Below, one piece after another: positions 35,646 to 47,500 of a DNA stretch of 64,000 nucleotides; positions within the stretch are counted from its first letter, which is position 1; every line of letters begins with the position of its first letter. This DNA comes from Eledone cirrhosa (lineage: Eukaryota). The notes below the pieces were generated by a model. It was not told where the DNA came from. It saw only the letters and a list, made by a program, of their open reading frames with translations, and ran no database searches. The position numbers and the translations under genes were made by a program. The stretch covers positions 266,290,001 to 266,354,000 of the forward strand of contig OZ024740.1 of assembly GCA_964016885.1 (NCBI GenBank), in the 5' to 3' direction.

Positions 35646-38600
35646 CTATAGTCTGATGTAGAGTGAAGGCCCATTCACACGGGCCATTCTCGCCACTTTC
35701 ACCCATCTTTCATAGAAACGGCTGGGGTGCAGCACCTCTCTCTCCATCCTGATCCTTCTTCCGAAATGATATCGGAAGAAACGGACCAGTTGTTGGCCAG
35801 AGAGAAAGGTGCCTGACCTCAGTCCTTTCAGACGCGTCCACCATACAACCTCTTTCGCCATGGCTATTACGCACAGAAACACCGCCTCTGCTTCATCTTT
35901 GAAGGGGGGAGGCGGCTTGATCATTACAATAGACTCGGTGGTCAACCGGATCGGTCCCACCCTTGACACCAGTTGTTCTACATAGCCCCACAGATCGGCT
36001 ACGCCCGAGCAGTGTACCAATGCGTGTGCAACGGTTTCCTCGTCGCACACGCATCTGGGACAGATCTTTTTGGCGGGGTCCCTACCCGGGCGCCCGTGTC
36101 TGTAGAGCCTTTCTCGAACGGGTAAAGCCCCTCGGTAGCACTGCCAGGCCAGGGACTTCTGGAAGTTGTCCATAGGTCCCGGGCTGAATGTCCTACCGAA
36201 CAGGCTGGCCAGTTCGTCCTCCTCCATGTCTAGGGCTTCTCCGAGGGCGTCGTCGCACCTGCTGCGTACCAGCCCTCTATAGAATGTTGCGGTGGAGTCT
36301 CCACTGATAACCGGATCCGCCTGCCAGAGGGCGGTGAGCGCCTGGGCACACTCAGTGTGCCAGGCGCCCAGTTTTCTCGGTCTTTGCTTGACCCAGGATT
36401 GCAGCTCGGTGAGTGAGACGAGTCTGGGAAAGGTTCGTCTCACAAACGAGGCCCACACCGGTTGTCCGGTGAGGAATACGTAGAGGTGCCGTAGCCTTAA
36501 TGCGTGTTTACGCATCATTAGCCACGGCATCCCCAGCCCTCCTTTCGAAGGGTGTTGACAGCAGATGGATCTCCTAACCATAGGAGCCCGCCTCTTCCAA
36601 AGGAATTGGAAGAGCGCGCGCTCCATCTTGGTGAGGGTTTCCCTTGGGCAGGGCACTACGGTCAGGCGGTAGTAGATGACGGACACTATGTAGGTGTTCG
36701 CCACCTCCGCCCGACCTTTCAGGGATAGTTTGCAACTGGCCCACTTCTGGGTCAGTGCAAACACCCTGTTCGTAACCTCCGCCCAGTTTTTCTCCACCTG
36801 GAGGTCCGGTCCGAACCAGACCCCGAGCAACTTCACCGGGCCCTCCGTCCAGCGTCCGACGACGCCATCGGAGGGCATCGGTCTGCCCATCCACGTGCCG
36901 AGTTGCAAACCGATCGACTTGTCCCGGTTCAGCTTAGCCCCTGTGAACTTTTCGTACTCCTCCAGTAAGGTGCCGACCGCCTCGATTTCGGAGGCCGTCG
37001 ACACCATTACTGTCACGTCATCGGCGTAGGCCGACACCGCTTTCCGCAATCCCAGTTCCAAAGGGATGCCCTGCAACAACTCCAACTTCCGCAGTAGTGG
37101 CTCGAGAGTCAACACATACAGAAGGGAGGAGAGAGGGCACCCTTGTCGGATGGACCGCGCGATTTTGAACGGCTCCGAGAGGTAGCCGTTCACCTTGACC
37201 CTAGAGCAGATGCGGTTGCTGTGCATAGCAGTGATCCAGCCCCTGAAAACGGGTCCGAAGCCTGCCGCCGCTAGCACCGCATCCAGGTAACCATGGTCGA
37301 CCCTATCGAACGCCTTAGATTGATCCAAGTTGATCAGAGCCCCACCAAAGCCGGGTTCGTTCCCAACCCTCTCTATGATGTATCGCATGAGGTGGAGGTT
37401 GTCATGGATGGACCTGGACGGGATAGCGCATGTCTGCGCATCTCCCACCAGGTTGCCCACGACAAGCGCCAACCTCTTTGCTAGCACCTTGGCCAAAATC
37501 TGTAACTCTGTATTTAGCAGAGTTATGGGCCTGAAGTTACTTATTTCGTCCCCCTTGTTCTCGTCCTTCCTCACTAGCGTGACTACGCCCTTGGTCACAG
37601 TACAGGGAATTCTCCCGTTCTGTTGCCAGTTGCAGTAGACCGCCTCGAGGAGATCGGGGAACAAGTCCGGCATAGCTAGATATAATTCGTAAGGAAGACC
37701 ATCGAGACCCGGGGATTTGCGTTTTCCGCATTGGCTCAGCACGTCCTCTATCTCAGCGGCCGAAATCGGCTCCTCGCAGGACTTCGCCTCCCTGTCCGAG
37801 AGGCGCGGCAGGCCGTCGAGGTATGGACCGAAGTCCACGTTCCCAACCGGCTCCCCGCCCCTCCCGAACAGTCGGGCAAAGTGCCTTTGAAAGGCCTCAC
37901 ACATCTGCTTAGGCTCAAGAATCGCCCGTCCATCCAGGTCTCGCAAAGACCGGATGGTGGATTTAGTTCCACTGTTGGCCTCTGTCACGCGGGCCCAGCT
38001 AACAGCTTTGGTCCCCTCGTTCCCTAGAGCACGTATTTTACTTCGGACAACGCAGCCTTCGTGCTTCGCGTCGAAAAACTGGCTCAAAGCCGTTCTCGAC
38101 GCTAGCACTCTGGCCACGTCGCCGCTTCTAATTGCCTCTTCTACTCTATCTATTAGCTCCCTTTCCTTCCTATTCCTATCCGCAGCTAGAACCTTACTAA
38201 ATTCTATCGAGACTACTCTAATCTCTCTCTTTAGAGATACCCACCACCTGCTGTTGACGATCGCTCCAGTCAACCGTTCCTTAACTAACGTACTAATCCG
38301 ATTCCTGTAGGCTCTACTTGCCGGCAAGGACAAGTTGAGCTTCCAGTAACCGGGGCCCTGTCTATGAGTTCTGTCAAGGTTGACCATGCAGGTCACTAAT
38401 TTGTGGTCTGAATAGCCAACCATGCGCATTTTTGGACAACTTAAAAAGTCCTTATCCTTAATTCTAACTAAGAACCTATCTAGGTACGACCTAGATGATC
38501 CGCTACGATTTGCCCAAGTCCAGGTTGGCGCAGTCGGAAAATCTAGTCGATATCTATCGGCCAGGTCAAATCGACCGATTAACCCTTTGAGGCTATTACA

Positions 38601-39083
38601 CCCCTCTCTATCGGGGCAGGCCCCTACGTAGTCCCAGCGTGCATCTAGGATACCATTCCAGTCCCCCACTAATAGCAAGGAGCGGGACGTCCCTAGAAAA
38701 GTCTCCAGACGATGGAAGAAGTCCGGCCGCATTGACCCGAAAAGGCCGTAGGCGGCTACCAACCTAAACACTCCGCCTTTACCACTGCCAAGGTCCAGAA
38801 CCACTAGTCGACCCTCCGGGTCCAAATGTACCATCTGTGTTGCGAGACCCAGATGTTTTTGCAGCAGAACGACAACTCCACCCCCACCTCCGGGCTGACA
38901 GAGAGATGCGTGCATCTCAAAGTCATCAAAGGTGGGGGCCAGCTGTCGCACGTTGCTGATCCGGGCCTCGCAAATAACCATCACATCTATACGTTCTGAC
39001 CTGAGGTCATTTAGAAGCATTGCTTGCTTCCAAGTTGAGCCCAGGCCACGCGCATTTAAACAGCCTACTCTTAGCATAGCCAT
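35646..39083 (-). CDS. Tx1 ORF2p (APE-RT-zinc finger), intact, 1145 aa from MAMLRVG
   Basis: Same motifs and same 3438-nt length as 22671-26108. Confidence 0.93.
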   Translation of the reverse strand: MAMLRVGCLNARGLGSTWKQAMLLNDLRSERIDVMVICEARISNVRQLAPTFDDFEMHASLCQPGGGGGVVVLLQKHLGLATQMVHLDPEGRLVVLDLGSGKGGVFRLVAAYGLFGSMRPDFFHRLETFLGTSRSLLLVGDWNGILDARWDYVGACPDREGCNSLKGLIGRFDLADRYRLDFPTAPTWTWANRSGSSRSYLDRFLVRIKDKDFLSCPKMRMVGYSDHKLVTCMVNLDRTHRQGPGYWKLNLSLPASRAYRNRISTLVKERLTGAIVNSRWWVSLKREIRVVSIEFSKVLAADRNRKERELIDRVEEAIRSGDVARVLASRTALSQFFDAKHEGCVVRSKIRALGNEGTKAVSWARVTEANSGTKSTIRSLRDLDGRAILEPKQMCEAFQRHFARLFGRGGEPVGNVDFGPYLDGLPRLSDREAKSCEEPISAAEIEDVLSQCGKRKSPGLDGLPYELYLAMPDLFPDLLEAVYCNWQQNGRIPCTVTKGVVTLVRKDENKGDEISNFRPITLLNTELQILAKVLAKRLALVVGNLVGDAQTCAIPSRSIHDNLHLMRYIIERVGNEPGFGGALINLDQSKAFDRVDHGYLDAVLAAAGFGPVFRGWITAMHSNRICSRVKVNGYLSEPFKIARSIRQGCPLSSLLYVLTLEPLLRKLELLQGIPLELGLRKAVSAYADDVTVMVSTASEIEAVGTLLEEYEKFTGAKLNRDKSIGLQLGTWMGRPMPSDGVVGRWTEGPVKLLGVWFGPDLQVEKNWAEVTNRVFALTQKWASCKLSLKGRAEVANTYIVSVIYYRLTVVPCPRETLTKMERALFQFLWKRRAPMVRRSICCQHPSKGGLGMPWLMMRKHALRLRHLYVFLTGQPVWASFVRRTFPRLVSLTELQSWVKQRPRKLGAWHTECAQALTALWQADPVISGDSTATFYRGLVRSRCDDALGEALDMEEDELASLFGRTFSPGPMDNFQKSLAWQCYRGALPVRERLYRHGRPGRDPAKKICPRCVCDEETVAHALVHCSGVADLWGYVEQLVSRVGPIRLTTESIVMIKPPPPFKDEAEAVFLCVIAMAKEVVWWTRLKGLRSGTFLSGQQLVRFFRYHFGRRIRMEREVLHPSRFYERWVKVARMARVNGPSLYIRL

Positions 39084-39107
39084 GTTGGTGGTGAAGAGAA
39101 AAGGCAC

Positions 39108-39673
39108 TTACCTCTCTGCGTCCCGGGTATCGGGCTGCACAATTTCCATTAGGGTGGGGGATGGGTTGTTGGGTGGGGTGGTGGTTTGTGGAAGTGTGTG
39201 GGCATCAGTGTGTTGTGTGGTTGGGGAGCTTGGAGTTGTGTGGGTGTTTGGGGAGGGGGTGGGATAGTTTTTTAGGAGGACGCGGTTAATGGGCCCGACG
39301 CAGGGGGGACCCACGTCCTCTTTAAAATTGTTTTTTAAAGTTTTATAGGTGTCCTGTGGGGCCTTAATCATTTTGAGGTGGGGGAAATCCCCTGCCTGGA
39401 TGAAGTTAGGCCCTTGTGTTTTTATTAGATTGTTGTTGTACACAATGTTTAACAGTTTTTTGTTTCTTGTATTTATGTATGTGTATGTATGTTTTTGTTT
39501 TTGTGTGGTGTTTTTTGTTTGCTGTTGTTGTGAGCTCTTTTGTGTTGGTATCAGTGTTATGTTTTGGGGAGGGTTTTTTTTCATTTGTGTGTCTGAGGTG
39601 TGTTTTCTTTTTTTTCTTTTGATTGTGTGGAAGTGCTCCTCCTCGTCTGACGACGAACTAGGGTCATCTTCAT
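39108..39673 (-). pseudogene. 3' part of Tx1 ORF1 (copy E)
   Basis: IKRKKRKH, YTYIN, FKEDVGPPCVGPINRVLLK, MEIVQPDTRDAER match the ORF1 C-terminus of copy G. Confidence 0.85.
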
Positions 39674-39782
<109 letters not shown>

Positions 39783-40768
39783 TGTTTCTTTTATTTGCCA
39801 CCAGGGCATCAAAAGTGGGACAAGTACAAAGGGGGGAGTTTACAAAACAAGGAGTCCTCAATAACGAGGAGGCAATAACAAAATATAAAAATAAAATAAA
39901 ATATAACAGAATAGAATTTATAACAAAATCCTCAATAGAGAGGAGGCACCTTGGGGGTCGCACACACCCCCGAAAAAAAGTGTGCAACCCTTTTCCTCAG
40001 GAGCACAGAGAAGGGGTGCTCCCTTGGTCTTTCATCTTCCTCACCTATAGTCTGATGTAGAGTGAAGGCCCATTCACACGGGCCATTCTCGCCACTTTCA
40101 CCCATCTTTCATAGAAACGGCTGGGGTGCAGCACCTCTCTCTCCATCCTGATCCTTCTTCCGAAAAGATATCGGAAGAAACGGACCAGTTGTTGGCCAGA
40201 GAGAAAGGTGTCTGACCTCAGTCCTTTCAGACGCGTCCACCATACAACCTCTTTCGCCATGGCTATTACGCACAGAAACACCGCCTCTCCTTCGTTTTTG
40301 AAGAGGGGAGGCGGCTTGATCGTTACAATAGACTCGGTGGTCAACCGGATCGGTCCCACCCTTGACAGCAGTTGTTCGACATAGCCCCACAGATCGGCAA
40401 TGCCCGAGCAGTGTACCAATGCGTGTGCAACGGTTTCCTCGTCGCACACGCATCTGGGACAGACCTTTTTCGATGGGTCCCTACCCGGGCGCCCGTGTCT
40501 GTAGAGCCTTTCTCGAACGGGCAGAGCCCTTCTGTAGCATTGCCAGGCCAGGGACCTCTGGAAGTTATCCATGGGTCCCGGGCTGAATGTCCTACCGAAC
40601 AGGTTGGCCAGTTCGTCTTCCTCCATGCCTAGGGCTTCTCCGAGGGCGTCGTCGCACCTGCTAACCACCGGCCCTCTATAGAATGACGAGGTGGATTCTC
40701 CACTGACATCCGGGTCCGCCTGCCAGAGAGCCGTGAGCGCCTGGGCACACTCGGTGTGCCAGGCGCCC

Positions 40769-40769
<1 letters not shown>
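39783..40769 (-). mobile_element. 5'-truncated Tx1 copy D (ORF2 C-terminus 40045-40769 + 3' UTR)
   Basis: LGAWHTEC...CPRC...GPSLYIRL; 3' UTR similar to copy E; (GATA)n on both sides. Confidence 0.92.

Positions 40770-40848
<79 letters not shown>
40770..40848. repeat. (GATA)n spacer between copies D and C
   Basis: Direct reading. Confidence 0.97.
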
Positions 40849-40849
<1 letters not shown>

Positions 40850-41063
40850 TTCATTATTAGCCACAAGGGCACAAAAGAAGGAGACAAATACAAATGGAGA
40901 GTTTACATACAGGCATATGAAAATAAAACTATTAATAAAATAACAAATAACAATTGAAATCCCCAATATGGGGGAGGCGTTACGCAGGGGTTGTACACAC
41001 CCCGAAAAAATGTACAACCCTCATCTCCAGGAGCACCAAGAGTGAGTACAGCCTTCCTCTCTT
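40849..41063 (-). mobile_element. Tx1 copy C, 3' UTR only (~215 bp)
   Basis: Homologous to the 3' UTRs of F and G (gagatgagggttgtacattttttcggggtgtg...gtatttgtc...gcccttgtggctaataatgaaa-TCTA). Confidence 0.85.

Positions 41064-41158
<95 letters not shown>
41064..41158. repeat. (GATA)n spacer between copies C and B
   Basis: Direct reading. Confidence 0.97.
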
Positions 41159-42347
41159 TGTTTCTTTTATTTGCCACTAGGGCATCAAAAGTGGGACAAG
41201 TACAATGGGGGGAGTTTACACAAAAAGGCGTCCTCAATAAGGAGGAGGCAATAACAAAATATAAAAATAAAATAAGATATAACAAAAAATAAAATTTATA
41301 ACAAAATCCTCAATAGAAAGGAGGCGCCTTGGGGGGTCGCACACACCCCCGAAAAAAGTGTGCAACCCTTCTCCTCAGGAGCACAGAGAAGGGGTGCTCC
41401 CTTGGTCTTTCATCTTCCTCACCTATAGTCTGATGTAGAGTGAAGGCCCATTCACACGGGCCATTCTCGCCACTTTCACCCATCTTTCATAGAAACGGCT
41501 GGGGTGCAGCACCTCTCTCTCCATCCTGATCCTTCTTCCGAAATGATATCGGAAGAAACGGACCAGTTGTTGGCCAGAGAGAAAGGTGCCTGACCTCAGT
41601 CCTTTCAGACTCGTCCACCATACAACCTCTTTCGCCATGGCTATTACGCACAGAAACACCGCCTCTGCTTCATCTTTGAAGGGGGGAGGCGGCTTGATCA
41701 TTACAATAGACTCGGTGGTCAACCGGATCGGTCCCACCCTTGACACCAGTTGTTCTACATAGCCCCACAGATCGGCTACGCCCGAGCAGTGTACCAATGC
41801 GTGTGCAACGGTTTCCTCGTCGCACACGCATCTGGGACAGATCTTTTTGGCGGGGTCCCTACCCGGGCGCCCGTGTCTGTAGAGCCTTTCTCGAACGGGT
41901 AAAGCCCCTCGGTAGCACTGCCAGGCCAGGGACTTCTGGAAGTTGTCCATAGGTCCCGGGCTGAATGTCCTACCGAACAGGCTGGCCAGTTCGTCCTCCT
42001 CCATGTCTAGGGCTTCTCCGAGGGCGTCGTCGCACCTGCTGCGTACCAGCCCTCTATAGAATGTTGCGGTGGAGTCTCCACTGATAACCGGATCCGCCTG
42101 CCAGAGGGCGGTGAGCGCCTGGGCACACTCAGTGTGCCAGGCGCCCAGTTTTCTCGGTCTTTGCTTGACCCAGGATTGCAGCTCGGTGAGTGAGACGAGT
42201 CTGGGAAAGGTTCGTCTCACAAACGAGGCCCACACCGGTTGTCCGGTGAGGAATACGTAGAGGTGCCGCAGCCTTAATGCTTGTTTACGCATCATTAGCC
42301 ACGGCATCCCCAGCCCTCCTTTCGAAGGGTGTTGACAGCAGATGGAT
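41159..42347 (-). mobile_element. 5'-truncated Tx1 copy B, nearly identical to the 3' ~1.2 kb of copy E
   Basis: The translation differs from copy E at only about 2 residues (KQ/KH, TS/TR); ORF2 part spans 41423-42347. Confidence 0.93.
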
Positions 42348-42364
42348 AGATAGATAGTTAGATA

Positions 42365-45100
42365 ATCTTTCTTTATTTGGCGCAGGGGCGTACAAAAATG
42401 GGACATTACAAGACGTGGCGGCGGGGGTTTTACATAAAATCTTTAACAATGATGAATAACAATAAACTATATATAAAATAAAACAATCGAAATCCCCATT
42501 AGGGAGGAACGTTACAGCGGGGTTGTTTTACACCCCGTGGATAGAACAACCCTCAACACCAGGAACACGTTTTGTAGGTGTTCCTGTCTTCCCTCTGTTT
42601 ATCTTCCTCAACCTACAGGTTTATATACAGAGAAGGCCCATTCACTCGGGCCATTTTCGCCACATTCACCCACCTTTCAGCAAATTTACTGGGGTGTAGC
42701 ACCTCTCTTTCCACTCTCACCTTCCTTCTGAAGTGGTAGTTAAAGAAGGGGATGAGTTGTTGTCCGGAGAGAAAGGTGTTTCCCTTCAGTCCTTTTAACC
42801 TCGTCCACCATATTACCTCTTTCGCCATAGCCACCAGACAGAGGAAAACTGCCTCTCCTTCATTCTTAAATGAAGGCGGCGGGGTGATCCTCACGATGGA
42901 CTCGGCTGACAACTGGATGCGTCCCACACGTGAAAGCAGCTGTTCGACATAATTCCACAGGTCGGTCACCCTGGGCAATGAACAATTGCGTGCAGAACGG
43001 TTTCGATGTCCTGCTCGCATCTTGGACAGGTCCTTTTGGCAGGATCTCTGTCAGGGCGTTCGTGCCTATAGATTTTGTCTCGAACTGATAGAGCTCCTCG
43101 GTAGCACTGCCAGGCCAGAGACCTCTGGAAGTTATCCATATGCCCTGGACGGAAATTCCTCCCAAATAGACCGGTCAGTTCGTCCTCCTCGAACCTAGAG
43201 GTTCCCCGAGAACGTCGTCGCACTTATCCTCCACTTATCCCCTATAGAATGTTGAAGTGGATTCTCCGCTGATTGCCTGAGCTCCGCTGAGCGCCTGAAG
43301 GGACCCGAGGTGCTAGGCGCCCATTTTCGGTCTTCGCTTGACCCAGGACTGCAGCTCTGTTAGTGAGACGAATTGTGGAAAAGCTCGTCTCACAAACGAC
43401 AGCACACCGGTTCGCCGGTCAGGAATACCTGGAGATGGCGTAGCCTCAGCGCGTGTTTGTGCATCATCAGCCACGGCATGCCCAGCCCTCCGTTAGAATG
43501 GTATTGACAACAGATGGATTTCCTCAGCAATGGAGCCTGTTTCTTCCAGGGGAAGTGTAGATGTTCTATTTTGGTGAGTTGTTCGCAGGGACAAGGCACA
43601 ATTGTCAAGCGGTAGTAGATGACGGACGCGATGTAAGTGTTCGCCACCTCCGCTCGACCTTTCAAGGAGAGTTTGCACTCAGCCCACTTCTGGGTGAGTG
43701 CGAACACCTTCGCCGTGACCTCATTCCAGTTCTTTGAGAACCGCTTCCAAGTATTGATGGTCAACCCTATCGAATGTTTTAGATCGATCTAAATTGATCA
43801 GAGCCCCGCCGAAGCCAGGATTTCACCCTACCCCTCTATGATGTATCGTATGAGGTGGAGCTTGTCGTGTATGGACCTGGTCGGGATTCTTAACGACAAG
43901 CGCCAGCCTCGTTGCTAACACTTTGGCCAAAATCTTCAATTCTGTGTTGAGCAGAGTTATGGGACTGAAATTGCTTATGTTATCCCCTTTGTTCTCATCT
44001 TTCCTGATCAACGTAACGACGCCTCGGCTTACAGAACTGGGAATTCTCCTGTTCTGCTGCCAGTTACAGCATGCCTATGTAAAACTCAAGGGTAGACCAT
44101 CTAGACCGGGTGATTTGCGCTTCCCACAGTAGGGCGTCTTGTATTTCAGCGGCCTTTCGCAGTTCTCCGCATCCGTGTTCGAGAGTCGCGGTAGGCCGTT
44201 GAGGTAGGAACTGAAGTCCGTCACCTTGTCCGAAACACCGCTCTGCCCGAACAGTTGTGCAAAGTGCTGCTGGAAAGTCGTGCACACTTGGATTCAAGTA
44301 GCACGCGTCCGTCTTGGTTTTTCAGCTGTACTGCCATTCTAAATGCGTCTTCTACTTTGGCTACTAGTTCCTTCTCTGTTTTTTTTTTCTAAAGCTCCTT
44401 CCTTGCTAAAGGCTATTGATTCTACTCTAATTGCTCTATTCATAGAGCACCAGCATCTGTTGTTGACGATGGCCCCCGTCAACTGGCGTTAATTAAAATA
44501 CTGATCCGTTAACTGTAGGCTTTTCGCGTCGGGAACGACATGTTTTGCTTCCAGTATCCGGGTCCCTGTCTATATGTTCTATCAAGGTTGACTATGCAGG
44601 TCACTAATTTCTGGTCTGCATAAGCAATCATGTGCATTTGTGGACAGCTTAATGTTTCCTTTTCGTTTTGTCTAATTAGAAATCTAAATACGATCTAGAA
44701 AACCCAGTGCGGTTGCTCCACGTCCACAGTGGTGCACTTGGGAAATTTAGTCGATATCATCAGCCAGTTGGAATTGGCTGATGAGATTTCTGTGGTTGTT
44801 ATACTCCCTCTACTATTGCATGCTCCTACATAGTCCCAACGTGCGTCCAAGATTCCATACCAACCCCCCGCTAATACTAAAGAGCGATACGTTCCCAGGA
44901 AAGTCTACAGACCCTTGAAGAAATCCGGCCGCGTTGTCCCAGTGTCCCAGTTGGGGCATAGACAGCCACCAGTCTGAAAGCTCCACTTTCATCACTATTC
45001 ACGTCTAAGACCACCAACTTGCCCTCCGGATCCAAGAATATAATTCGTATTGTGAGATCCAGGTTTTTCCTAAACAAAACAGCACACACACCCTACCCCC

Positions 45101-45137
<37 letters not shown>

Positions 45138-47140
45138 CCTGGCTGACAGAGAAATGCATAGATTTCAAAGTCATCTTTGGGGTTAACTGCTGCTTGTCGT
45201 GGCTCCTGGACTCGCTGATGGCTATCACATCATTTAGGAGTTGGCCCTGTTTCCAGGACATCCGCAGGCCACGCGCATTTAAACATCCAACTCGTATAGT
45301 CGCCATGTCGGTGAAAAAGAGTTAGGGAATGAAAAGGAACACATACCTTTTAGTTTCCTGGAAGTCGGGCTGTTCGATCTCCATGTTGGTGATGGGGGTG
45401 TTTGGTGGGGTGGGGAAACATTTCAAAAGTACACGGTTGAGGGGTTTTTGACATGGGAGTCCCACATTATGGGGAAAGTTTTCTTAAAGAAAACTGTATG
45501 TTTGTGCTGTAACTCGTATGAGGTTTAAGTGTGGTGCTATGTTTGTGCTGGTGAAGGTGTTTCCTTCTGTCTGGATGGTGGTGTCTTTTGTGATGACCTC
45601 CATTAGGTTTTTGTTTGTAGTTATAATGTATGTATAGTTTGGTTTGATTTTTTGGTGCGATGTTTCTATTTGCTGTTTGTTCTCTAGTTTTCTTTTAATG
45701 GTGGGTGTTGGTGCTTGTGGCGGTGGTGTTGGTATTTGTTTTTCTGGTAGAGTGTTTGGTTGCTGTGGTTGTAGTGATGGTGTTTGTATTGTTGGTGTAG
45801 TTGTCGTTTGGGGTGGTGGATGTGTGTTTGTGTTGGTGATTGGTGTTTTTTCTGTTTTTGCGGTGTCTCTTTTTGTTTTGTTTTTTATTTATTTTGGGGT
45901 CGCCTCTTCACCTTCGCTTAGAGAGGGGGAGATTGCTGCGTCTAATGTGTTATCAGGTGTATGTGGGAGGGGTATGTTGTGTGGCCGATAGTTTGTGTGT
46001 GTGTTTGTAGGAGTGTTAGACAGGGGTGGGGGCAAGAGAGAGTCCTTCAGAGGTATTTTTGATGTGTTGTCATTTTTGGTTTGTGATGGTGGAGTAGATG
46101 TTGATGGTTTTTGTTCTGTTTTTTTGTGTTGTGTTCTTTGTTTTCGGGTGTTTTTGTTGGGGTTTGGGTGTTGGTAGCAACACCTTATTTTGTTTTGGTG
46201 TGTTTAGAATTGGGCAGAATGCTTTTATGTGTGTGTTTTTGCCACAATCTAAAAAAACTGTGGTTTTTTGCCCTCAACCGTGATGTTGATAATGTGGCTG
46301 TTATCAATGGGTACCCTTTCGGGTATCTTTGAAACTCTTTCTGTTTTAATTTGGACCAGGAGTTCAACAGAGGTGCCATTCCAGTTGTATCTGGTCGATT
46401 TCTTTACAGAAAAGAGGGAATCTTAACCCTCCTTCAAAAAGCTACCCATCTTATGTTGGTGTGTTCGGTAGGATTTGTGAGACTTTTATTTTGTAGGTTC
46501 TTCTTTCCATATATATAGGGAAGAAGATGTATCGGCTCGTTTTAATGGGAGTCACCGAATATTTTTAGGCGAGGGCCTCGCTTTTGAAAAGGACCGAGAT
46601 GCCCCTATACTGCTTGGCCCTCTGAAATGTCTGGCATTGCCTACTGTAGTATAGCGTCTAGTACATGCTGGGGAAGGGCAATGTGTTTTCTAAATTCTAT
46701 AGAAATACTCTTATAGAATAGAGCTTTCTTTAGGGTTGAAGCCCTAATTTTCGGTGGACTTTTGATGCGGAATCCATCTCCCTTGACTGTTATGTAATGT
46801 GCAGCATCCTTCAGATATTGAACTTTATTCGAGATATCGATTTCGATGGACTCCGTCTCCTTGGCAACAGTTGCCACAAATGTCTTTTTCGTGTGGACTT
46901 CGTTCTTGTTGTCACTGGTGTTGTTGATGTTTTTGTCATTCTTGTGGTTATTTTCATTGTTGTTGGTGTTGTTATTTTTCTCTTGGTTTGTGTTCATGTT
47001 GTTGCTTTTGTTTATCGTATTTGTCTGTGTTGTTGTTTTTCATTTGTTAAGTTGTTGTTGGGTTTCGTAATTTTTTCATTACGAAAACTTTTCGTACTAT
47101 CGTCTGTCGTTAAAGTTGTTGTCATAGCGACAAACGATTT
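42365..47140 (-). mobile_element. Old, heavily degraded Tx1 copy A (ORF1 remnants ~47125-45345; ORF2 remnants 45306-42613 with internal deletions)
   Basis: MATIRVGCLNARGL, KSPGLDG, FSPITLLN, GPSLYINL; RT core deleted near 43740; (GATA/GATT)n at 47141-47285 and a short GATA spacer at 42348-42364. Confidence 0.88.
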
Positions 47141-47293
47141 AGATAGGTAGATAGATTGATTGATTGATTGATTGATTGATGTATCGATAGATAGATAAAT
47201 AGAGAGAGAGAAAGAGAGAGAGAGGGGCAGGCAGAAAGACCGACAGACGGATCGATCGATCGAAAGATAGATAGATAGATAGATAATCAATCC

Positions 47294-47500
47294 CTAATAT
47301 TTGTATGATATACATAATCCATCGCCCAGTTTTGCACTCTCTCCTGGTCCTTGGATATCTTTATTGGAATCCACTCTGTCGCAAGCATTGGGGCCATGTC
47401 TACGATTTCCAGATACCCTTGCCACTTGTCTCAGAAGACCTGGAAAAAAAGGTCTCCTTAGATAAATTACTTCGCACATTATGGTTTTTACCAAAGTTCT
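47294..47500 (-). pseudogene. Possible PIF/Harbinger transposase remnant
   Basis: HGPNACDRVDSNKDIQGPGES loosely resembles the Harbinger FPN..GA.DGKHI...P..SG motif; weak. Confidence 0.2.

Larger units (their letters stand above)
35383..39673 (-). mobile_element. 5'-truncated Tx1 LINE (copy E): end of ORF1 + intact ORF2
   Basis: Begins mid-ORF1 at a (TATC)n junction; ends AATAAAAGAAACA-TATC. Confidence 0.93.

Noticed and set aside
21390-38631. Antisense and alternative-frame ORFs overlapping Tx1 ORF1/ORF2, some recurring between copies
   Set aside because: Shadow ORFs of GC-rich coding sequence; they recur because the copies are homologous
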